A stretch of DNA of 64,000 nt from an uncultured Tangfeifania sp. (GTDB lineage Bacteria; Bacteroidota; Bacteroidia; Bacteroidales; Prolixibacteraceae), in assembly GCA_964358545.1 (NCBI GenBank), contig CAYHQN010000007.1:3148-67147 (forward strand). Reading direction: 5' to 3'. The notes below the pieces were generated by a model. It was not told the origin of the DNA and made no database searches. It saw only the letters and a program-made list of their open reading frames with translations. Positions 47,625 through 55,106 of this stretch are shown here, piece by piece. Both the position numbers and the translations under genes were made by a program. Within the stretch, counting starts at the first letter, position 1, and each line of letters starts with the position of its first letter.

Positions 47625-48243
47625 TTTGGATTCGTTGGATTTTGGGATTGTTGGATTATTTATTGGGTAGGGATAGTATTTGGCATTTTATTTTTTGGAT
47701 GCCTCAATCTTTTTATTTCGAGGCTTCTTGCTCCAAAGTTGAGGAGTAGTCCCTTATCCAGTTTGTAAGCAACAAGGTAATTAAGACCTTGTGCTAAATG
47801 TACATCTTCCAGTACCTTTACTGCTTTGAGTTCTACCATCACTGTCGCTTCAACCAGAAAATCAACTCTCCTTGTTCCAATTTTGACATTATCATAGTAG
47901 AGTGGCATTGCTAATTCACGTTTAAAATTCAATTCTGCCTTCCTCAGTTCTATCACTAACGACCTTTGGTATATAACTTCCTGAAAACCATTCCCTAAGG
48001 CCGCATGAACCTTCATGGCGCATCCAATAATCTTGTAAGTTAGCTCATCTTCAATCTTTTCATTTTCCATCCTTGTAATAAAACTTCTAAGGTGAAACGG
48101 ACTTGTCTATAAATATGTAAGTTACGGTTTTTAACGGACAATAACGAACCTAATCCTTACAATTACATTGTTGTTGGCTCCTTTAATATTATAAGTTAGC
48201 GACTATTTATAATCCAACAATCCCCAAATCCCCCTAATCCAAA
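47625..48243. mobile_element. 619-bp cassette bounded by imperfect 33-bp inverted repeats and carrying the GxxExxY gene
   Basis: The left end at 47625..47657 is 'tttggattcgttggattttgggattgttggatt'. The reverse complement of 48211..48243 is 'tttggattagggggatttggggattgttggatt'. That is 29/33 matches by hand count. Mobility is inferred, not shown. Confidence 0.4.
47660..48070 (-). CDS. GxxExxY-family protein (PD-(D/E)xK-like small protein)
   Basis: 136 aa. 'GNGFQEVIY' is the eponymous GxxExxY motif, and 'VDFLVE..VMVELKAV' fits the nuclease-like core. Confidence 0.8.
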   Translation of the reverse strand: MENEKIEDELTYKIIGCAMKVHAALGNGFQEVIYQRSLVIELRKAELNFKRELAMPLYYDNVKIGTRRVDFLVEATVMVELKAVKVLEDVHLAQGLNYLVAYKLDKGLLLNFGARSLEIKRLRHPKNKMPNTIPTQ

Positions 48244-48383
48244 TACTCACAATTGGCACATAATCAACAATATATAAATCAACTGTTTATAATATCAACA
48301 CTGTATATAATATATACACATCCTCTAATAGACTAAAATGCAACGTTATGCAACAAATTCAAATATTGACTGTTTAATTATTC

Positions 48384-48421
48384 AACACTTGTTGTGTATA
48401 AGATTCGAACAAGTGTTTTTT
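48384..48421 (+). terminator. Candidate rho-independent terminator with no upstream ORF
   Basis: A 10-bp perfect stem (aacacttgtt / aacaagtgtt) with a 14-nt loop is followed by TTTT. It lies in a 480-bp ORF-free intergenic region. Confidence 0.4.
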
Positions 48422-48462
48422 AAATGCCTTATTGACAAGTAAATACGATTTTTAAATTTTCA

Positions 48463-48478
48463 TGGCACAGTTATTGAA
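48463..48478 (+). promoter_or_regulatory. Candidate sigma54 (-24/-12) promoter TGGCAC-N5-TTGA
   Basis: 'tggcacagttattga' compares with the consensus TGGCAC-N5-TTGC(A/T). It lies about 70 nt upstream of the 48550 start, and an NtrC-type sigma54 activator is encoded at 53198. Confidence 0.4.
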
Positions 48479-48549
48479 ATAGTCCTGTCGGATGTTCATT
48501 TCAATCAGAGAAAAGTAGCGGGAATTAATCATCACCTATAAATTCAGCC

Positions 48550-50247
48550 ATGAAAACAATTTCATTATTAACCATCGGGTTGTCACTTTTGATCTCAAAT
48601 CATGTGGCCTTTGCGTCAAGCAGGTCTGACAATCCCAATGTATATGCCACGGGACAATCCATGACGAATGCAGCAAAGATCTCCAGTTCTCCTGAATTGT
48701 ACAATCTGGCGCAGAATTGGGTCAAGGATTACAATGCAGCCAATCCATCTTCCATGATCTCTGTGGAACAGACCATTGCCGGGAAAGTAGAGACAACCGA
48801 AAATTTGTTTTTGGTTTCAGATGAAAATACACTGGCGCTATCCAATCCTTCGAATTGGAAAATGGTGGTTGGCAGGGATATTGTCGTCCCCATTACTTCT
48901 GCAAAGAATCCGATGCTCAATCAGTTGAATCAGATTGGAATATCTGCCGAGAAATTTGCCTTGCTTTTTAAGGGTACTGAACCTAAAAATTGGTCAGCTT
49001 GCGTTCCAAACGGTCAGAATGTTCCTGTACAAATCTATGTGCCTGACAAGCAAAATCTGCTGAAAAGCCTTGAAGCCTTTACCAAATCATCCATGGCTAC
49101 TGCCAATATAAAGAGATTGAGTTCAGCTGAAGAACTCATCTCTGCCGTTCAGAATGATCCGTTTTCAATTGGCTTCTGTAAGTTGAGTGACTTAGGAACC
49201 ATGAATATTTATGAAGGAACGGAAAAGGTCAGACTTCTGCCGATCGACAAAAACGGCAATGGACGTCTGGACAATTTTGAAAATATCTATGGTAGCCTTA
49301 ACGAATTTACCCATGGCGTTTGGATCGGCAAATATCCAAATGCATTGTGTGACAATATATATGCCGTTTCAATTACAAAACCTACGCAAAAGAGTGAATT
49401 GGCTTTCCTTTCATGGATCCTAAATGACGGACAGAAATTATTGAATTCAAACGGATATTGCGATTTGACAAGCAGTGAGAAGGAATCAAGTTTGGCTTCA
49501 TTGCTGGGTGGAAGGACAGATAATCCCAATTTTTCTCAAATTGTTACCTCTCCAAAATCCTGGCCGGTAGTTCTGACAATCGCCGGATTGGTTGGATTAT
49601 TCCTGGTTATCTTTTTCTATAGTAAAAGCAGCGCAGGTTCAACCCCGGTTGATCCGCATATCCAGCTTGGACCACTGATGATCGAAAAGGTTATGGATGT
49701 TCCCAAGGGCCTGTACTTTGACAAAACCCACACCTGGGCCTTCATGGAACAGGACGGAAATGTCAGAGTTGGTATAGACGATTTTCTCCAGCACATAACC
49801 GGAAAGCTCACCAAGATCAAAATGAAGGAAGCAGGCGAAAAAGTGCGGAAAGGCGAAACAATCATGACGATCATTCAGGAAGGTAAGCAATTGAATATCT
49901 ATGCCCCTATTTCCGGAACAATTTTGGAACATAACGAATCTCTGCTTACAGACACGGGTATTATCAACGCTTCACCTTTCTTCAAAGGGTGGGTCTACCA
50001 GATCGAACCAAAAAATTGGTTGAGAGAGGTTCAGTTCATGTTTATGGGGGATAAATATGCCGAGTGGCTCAAAGATGAATTTGCCAGACTCAAGGATTTC
50101 ATTGCGGTAGCTGTTCGGAGCAATAACCTGGTTTACGCACATGTTGTGCTTCAGGATGGGGGAGAGATAACCGACAATGTACTTGCTGATATGGATCCAA
50201 AAGTTTGGGAAGATTTTCAGACACAATTTATTGATTCTTCCAGGTAA
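48550..50247 (+). CDS. Membrane protein: periplasmic PstS-like substrate-binding domain - TM helix - cytoplasmic GcvH-fold domain
   Basis: It has a signal peptide, then about 300 aa resembling phosphate-binding-protein-like PBP folds (weak). The TM helix is 'WPVVLTIAGLVGLFLVIFFY'. The C-terminal 'THTWAFMEQDGNVRVGIDDF..IYAPISGTILEHN..GWVYQIEP' resembles glycine-cleavage H protein. Confidence 0.45.
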   Translation: MKTISLLTIGLSLLISNHVAFASSRSDNPNVYATGQSMTNAAKISSSPELYNLAQNWVKDYNAANPSSMISVEQTIAGKVETTENLFLVSDENTLALSNPSNWKMVVGRDIVVPITSAKNPMLNQLNQIGISAEKFALLFKGTEPKNWSACVPNGQNVPVQIYVPDKQNLLKSLEAFTKSSMATANIKRLSSAEELISAVQNDPFSIGFCKLSDLGTMNIYEGTEKVRLLPIDKNGNGRLDNFENIYGSLNEFTHGVWIGKYPNALCDNIYAVSITKPTQKSELAFLSWILNDGQKLLNSNGYCDLTSSEKESSLASLLGGRTDNPNFSQIVTSPKSWPVVLTIAGLVGLFLVIFFYSKSSAGSTPVDPHIQLGPLMIEKVMDVPKGLYFDKTHTWAFMEQDGNVRVGIDDFLQHITGKLTKIKMKEAGEKVRKGETIMTIIQEGKQLNIYAPISGTILEHNESLLTDTGIINASPFFKGWVYQIEPKNWLREVQFMFMGDKYAEWLKDEFARLKDFIAVAVRSNNLVYAHVVLQDGGEITDNVLADMDPKVWEDFQTQFIDSSR

Positions 50248-50436
50248 CAAGTATGCAACTCTTTTACTAACAGCAGACTAAAATAAATAGTATGAATTTT
50301 GATCAACAACTATGTCACTTCCAAGGGCGAAGTCTTTGTCAAGATGAGGGACTCACCAGCCTGGGTGGAAGAGGAACATTAGAAGGAAATGATAAAGTCA
50401 CACTTACAAATATTATAAACTTTAAAAAACAACACC

Positions 50437-51213
50437 ATGGACGGATTTACTTACCACAACATCTTTGATACGAAGGGGATAGAGTATCTGGCGATTATCG
50501 CCTTTTTCGCCATCCTGATCCCTTTCTGGATTGTACTGAACAGACAGGTCAGGATGACCAAACAACTACAGAAAAAACTGGGAACATTGACTTCCAGTAT
50601 GTTAAAAATTCCGCAAGGCATTTTCTTTAGCAAAAATCACATGTGGACACATCTTGACAGCAAAGGGATTGCCAAAGTCGGAGTTGACGATCTGTTGCTG
50701 CACCTAACGGGTGAAGTTAAATTTAGTAAACTCAGGAAACCGGGCGAAATTGTAAAAAGGGAGGATCTGCTGGCCGTGATCAAACACAATGGCAAAAAAC
50801 TAAAAATCGTTTCGCCCATCTCCGGAGAAATCATATCGGCCAATACAGTGCTTCATCAGAACCCTGAAATACTCAATGAAGATCCATACCAAAAAGGGTG
50901 GATGTACAAAATCAAGCCATCCAGATGGATCGCTGAAACCAGTACCTTCTATATCGCGGAGGAAGCAACCGGATGGTCGGTTAAAGAGCTGGAGAGATTC
51001 AAGGATTTTCTTGCAACCTCGGTGGAAAGATATACTCCGGAACCTTCCAGCATCATCCTGCAAGACGGCGGTGAATTGATTGATCAGCCGCTTTCGGAAC
51101 TTTCGGAAGAAGTTTGGCAGGATTTCCAACATAGTTTTCTGGGTTTAAAACCAAAATATCCACACTTTCGCGGATTGGAGGAAAATAAATACGGACCCGA
51201 GTATTTTCAATAG
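50437..51213 (+). CDS. Membrane-anchored GcvH-fold protein (paralog of the C-terminal half of 48550)
   Basis: The N-terminal TM helix is 'YLAIIAFFAILIPFWIVL'. It is followed by 'NHMWTHLDSKGIAKVGVDDL..IVSPISGEIISAN..GWMYKIKP', collinear with the C-terminal half of the preceding gene. Confidence 0.5.
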   Translation: MDGFTYHNIFDTKGIEYLAIIAFFAILIPFWIVLNRQVRMTKQLQKKLGTLTSSMLKIPQGIFFSKNHMWTHLDSKGIAKVGVDDLLLHLTGEVKFSKLRKPGEIVKREDLLAVIKHNGKKLKIVSPISGEIISANTVLHQNPEILNEDPYQKGWMYKIKPSRWIAETSTFYIAEEATGWSVKELERFKDFLATSVERYTPEPSSIILQDGGELIDQPLSELSEEVWQDFQHSFLGLKPKYPHFRGLEENKYGPEYFQ

Positions 51214-51514
51214 ATGCCCATTGCTTGTTAAATCAATGTAAGTTTTTGTTTCATAGATTTTTAGCGATAGAAGCGATGTGCACGTCACATCACTTCATTT
51301 TAAGGGGCATTAATTCAATCCACTCTTTAGAATGCAAACAAATACGCAAGAAAATTGAATATTGGAACCAATTTTTAAATTTTTGAGATTAACTTAGCAT
51401 TCAGTAACACCATATCCTTCAAGCACTTTAGTCACTTTTGAATTTGTTGGCACTTTGGTTTCTTTCTCACAAATGATTAGTGACTGATTGATTGAGTTAA
51501 CTTTCATTGCCACA

Positions 51515-53185
51515 ATGAGTTGGATACATAAATTATCAGAATGTAACAAAGTTGGGGCTCCCATCTTAAACAGCTATGTAAAATTTCGTTCCTCCATTTA
51601 TGGCAGGGTGGTGGTAATAATTACGGTCTCCTCCTTTTTTCTCTTTTTGTCGTTTGGTGTTATCTTCCGGTCTGTCAATGAGAATTACATGAAATCTGTC
51701 ATACGGGAGAGTGGTAACAACATCGGATTTCTGGTGGAAGGTGCCTTGTACCGTTCGATGCTCGAAAATGACAGAACAGCTCTTCAAGGTACGCTGGATA
51801 TCATCAATACCATGTCGGGGATCGATGATGTAAACATGTACGACAACAAAAATAACCTGATCTATTCCTCTATAGCAAACGATACTACCAACCACAGTGA
51901 TCCGGACTGTATCTCCTGTCACAAAAATTTTGCAACCATGTTCTCATCCACTGAGAAATCCTACAAGATTATCGGGATCGACAGTGAATGCAGCATGAAC
52001 CACAACAACAACAATTGCAGGCATCTTTTAATAAAATCACCGATTCGCAATGACAAATCGTGTTACACAAGTGCCTGTCATGCCCACAGTGAGAACGACA
52101 AAGTTCTTGGTTCGCTGATTATTAAAATTCCACTTGCAGGTTTGGACGCTGCTTTGCAGAAATCCACTACCGATTATTTTTTTCTCGCTGCACTGCTGAC
52201 TTTTTTGTTAATCCTCTTTTTAATATTTTTTACCAGAAAGAAAATTAAAAATCCGTTGAATGCCATCATCAAAGCCAGTTTGGCTGTGGCAGGTGGTGAC
52301 AGAAGCACCAGGCTCGAAGTAAAACCACACCAGTTGTCAGATATGAGAATGGTGTCGGTTGCCTTCAATGAGATGCTCGACAACCTGCAGACAGCCACCA
52401 ATGAGTTGCAGAACTGGTCCCAACAGCTCGAATACAAGGTGCAGAAGAAATCTGAGGAGCTTGGACAGGCACAAAATGAACTGATCAATGTCGAAAGGAT
52501 CGCCTCGCTGGGTAAATTGTCACTTTCTGTGGCGCACGAAATCAACAATCCGCTTTCCGGAATATTGATTTATGCCAAATTGGTGTACAAACAGCTTGGG
52601 AACCAGGATATTGATCCTGCTAAAAAGGAATTGATGCTAAAACATCTGAAACTCATTGAAAATGAGACCAAAAGATGTGGTGATATCGTCAAGGGGTTAC
52701 TGGATTTTTCGAGGAAAAACCAGGATGGGTTCGAACAGAAACACCTTCATGAAATATTGACGGAAACCTTTGAGTTGATGTCTCATCCGATGAAGATTGC
52801 CAATGTACATTTCATTTCCGATTTTTCAGCGAAACCGGATCTGATCTATTGCAGTCCAAACCAGATCAAACAGGCTTGTATCGGAATTTTGGTCAATGCA
52901 TCGGAAGCTGTTTCAGAGAACGGAGAAGTTCTGTTTAGAACCATGAATCCGGATGCAGATCATATCCGCATTGAAATATCCGACAATGGAGTGGGAATCA
53001 ATGAGGAGGATATCCCTCATATCTTTGAACCTTTCTTCTCTACAAAGGAGAATGCCAGCGGTATAGGTCTTGGACTGGCAATCGTTCATGGAATTATACA
53101 GAATCACAAAGGAAAAGCAGATGTAAAATCAGAAAGAGGAAAAGGGACCACAATTTCACTGACCCTTCCTCTTATCAGGAATTAA
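51515..53185 (+). CDS. Sensor histidine kinase with an extracytoplasmic Cys-rich/CxxCH domain, HAMP, HisKA and HATPase_c
   Basis: A TM helix is followed by about 150 aa containing 'DPDCISCH' (CxxCH) and 'CYTSACHAH', then a second TM helix. HAMP is 'AFNEMLDNL', the H-box is 'LSVAHEINNPLS', and the G-boxes are 'DNGVGI' and 'GIGLGLAI'. I prefer the ATG at 51515 to the track's TTG at 51488. Confidence 0.8.
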   Translation: MSWIHKLSECNKVGAPILNSYVKFRSSIYGRVVVIITVSSFFLFLSFGVIFRSVNENYMKSVIRESGNNIGFLVEGALYRSMLENDRTALQGTLDIINTMSGIDDVNMYDNKNNLIYSSIANDTTNHSDPDCISCHKNFATMFSSTEKSYKIIGIDSECSMNHNNNNCRHLLIKSPIRNDKSCYTSACHAHSENDKVLGSLIIKIPLAGLDAALQKSTTDYFFLAALLTFLLILFLIFFTRKKIKNPLNAIIKASLAVAGGDRSTRLEVKPHQLSDMRMVSVAFNEMLDNLQTATNELQNWSQQLEYKVQKKSEELGQAQNELINVERIASLGKLSLSVAHEINNPLSGILIYAKLVYKQLGNQDIDPAKKELMLKHLKLIENETKRCGDIVKGLLDFSRKNQDGFEQKHLHEILTETFELMSHPMKIANVHFISDFSAKPDLIYCSPNQIKQACIGILVNASEAVSENGEVLFRTMNPDADHIRIEISDNGVGINEEDIPHIFEPFFSTKENASGIGLGLAIVHGIIQNHKGKADVKSERGKGTTISLTLPLIRN

Positions 53186-53197
53186 TGAGTATATAGT

Positions 53198-54538
53198 ATG
53201 GCCAAAAAAATTTCAATTTTAATTGTTGACGATGAAGAATCTGTCAGGGATTCGTTGTACAACTGGTTCATTGAAGATGGATATTATGTCGAATGTGCAG
53301 AAAATGCGAAAAAAGCCCTCACAATTCTTCAGTCTGACAGCTTTGACATCATTCTGGCAGATATCAAAATGCCCGGTATGGATGGCTTGGAAATGTTGAA
53401 GCGCATCAAATCTTTAAAGAGTGACGCCATTGTCATTATCATGACCGCCTTTGCTACCGTCGATACTGCTGTTCAGGCCTTGAAGGACGGTGCGTTTGAT
53501 TATGTGACAAAGCCGTTCGATCCTGATGATCTTTCTCACTTGATCAGGAATGCCTCCAAGCAGATATCCCTGATTGAAGAGAATGAGATTTTGAAAGACA
53601 AAGTCGTTTCGCTCGAAAATGTGGAAGATATGGTTGGCCACAGCGAAGCTATGCAAGAGGTATTCAGGCAAATTGAGAGTGTGGCACAATCGACTGCCCC
53701 GGTGATCATCACCGGCGAGAGTGGTACTGGCAAAGAGCTTGTCGCCAAAGCCATTCACGCCAATTCACCGCGCAAATTCTTTCCAATGGTAAGCGTGCAT
53801 TGCGGTGCGCTGACCGAAAGCCTTTTGGAAAGCGAACTGTTCGGACACGAAAAGGGAGCCTTTACGGGCGCCGTCTACAACAGGAAAGGCCGGTTCGAGA
53901 TGGCCGACAGCGGTACAATTTTCCTGGATGAAATTGCCACCATCTCTCCAAAGATGCAGGTAGAGCTTTTGCGTGTACTGGAGACTAAAAGCTTTGTTCG
54001 TGTCGGTGGAAACAAGGAGATCAACTCCGATTTCAGGGTACTGTGTGCCACCAACAGGGATTTGAAAGGGCTGGTTGAGAAAGGCTTGTTCCGTGAAGAT
54101 CTTTTTTATCGGCTCAATGTTGTCAACATCAATGTACCTCCCTTGCGCGAAAGGGTAGAGGACATTCCTTTGCTGATCGAATATTTTATTCAGAAATATT
54201 GTAGCTCGATGAACAGACCCATCATCCCCATTGAGCCAGCGGCCTTGCAGCGCATGGAATCATATGCCTATCCCGGTAATATCCGTGAACTTGAAAACAT
54301 GGTTGAACGCGCCATTGTCGTCGGAAACGGGAAGAAGATCATGCTCCGCGACCTGCCATTGATGAAGGAGCGGAGCCTTCCAACCTTTGAGAGTCTTGAT
54401 GATCTTGGCAAAAAGCACATTCTTCAGATACTCAACAAATACAGCTGGAACATCACTGTTTCGGCAAAAGCGCTTAAACTTGACAGGGTTACGCTGTACA
54501 ACAAGATTAAGAAATACGGTCTGACGCCGCCTAAATGA
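53198..54538 (+). CDS. Sigma54-dependent response regulator (NtrC family: receiver - AAA+ - Fis-type HTH)
   Basis: The receiver has 'ILIVDDE..DIILADIKMPGMDG'. The AAA+ domain has 'GESGTGKE', the GAFTGA loop 'EKGAFTGA' and 'FREDLFYRLNV'. The C-terminal HTH is 'SAKALKLDRVTLYNKIKKY'. Confidence 0.9.
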   Translation: MAKKISILIVDDEESVRDSLYNWFIEDGYYVECAENAKKALTILQSDSFDIILADIKMPGMDGLEMLKRIKSLKSDAIVIIMTAFATVDTAVQALKDGAFDYVTKPFDPDDLSHLIRNASKQISLIEENEILKDKVVSLENVEDMVGHSEAMQEVFRQIESVAQSTAPVIITGESGTGKELVAKAIHANSPRKFFPMVSVHCGALTESLLESELFGHEKGAFTGAVYNRKGRFEMADSGTIFLDEIATISPKMQVELLRVLETKSFVRVGGNKEINSDFRVLCATNRDLKGLVEKGLFREDLFYRLNVVNINVPPLRERVEDIPLLIEYFIQKYCSSMNRPIIPIEPAALQRMESYAYPGNIRELENMVERAIVVGNGKKIMLRDLPLMKERSLPTFESLDDLGKKHILQILNKYSWNITVSAKALKLDRVTLYNKIKKYGLTPPK

Positions 54539-55071
54539 AGCTGGAAAAAATCAAATTGATCTCCTTTGGGTATTTTGAGAAGGGTCTTCTTGATAAGGTG
54601 GTAAAAGATGTGGAACACGAATTTCAGCTTCCCGTCAAAACTAATGAGGGCCATTTGGATCTAAGTATCTTTTATGATCCGGCCCGGCGGCAGTATGATG
54701 GATTCAGGCTACTGAAAGAGATCGATTCTGGTTTCGCCAAAGAGACAAACAAAACCCTGGGACTTTTCAATGTTGATCTCTATATTCCCATATTAACCTA
54801 CATATTTGGACAGGCATATTTGAACGGACGAGCCGGAATCGCTTCGATCTACAGATTGAGGAACGAACGGTATGGTATCTTCAAAGACGAGAAAATCCTG
54901 GTGAACCGATTTCGAAAAGAGGTCATTCACGAGCTGGGCCATACCTTTGGATTGATACACTGTTATGATCCTTCCTGTGTGATGAGGTCGAGTACTTATG
55001 TCGAAGATATGGACCAGAAGGATCATCAATTATGCCGCCAATGCAAAGAGAAACTTTCCATCCACATCTGA
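54535..55071 (+). CDS. Archaemetzincin-like zinc metallopeptidase (M54)
   Basis: 'HELGHTFGLIHCYDPSCVM' matches HExxHxxGxxHCxxxxCxM, and the C-terminal 'CRQC' is present. Its ATGA start overlaps the response-regulator stop. Confidence 0.7.
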   Translation: MKLEKIKLISFGYFEKGLLDKVVKDVEHEFQLPVKTNEGHLDLSIFYDPARRQYDGFRLLKEIDSGFAKETNKTLGLFNVDLYIPILTYIFGQAYLNGRAGIASIYRLRNERYGIFKDEKILVNRFRKEVIHELGHTFGLIHCYDPSCVMRSSTYVEDMDQKDHQLCRQCKEKLSIHI

Positions 55072-55106
55072 AAGGTTTCCAAAACCTTTCAGGTGTAATC
55101 GCAGAA

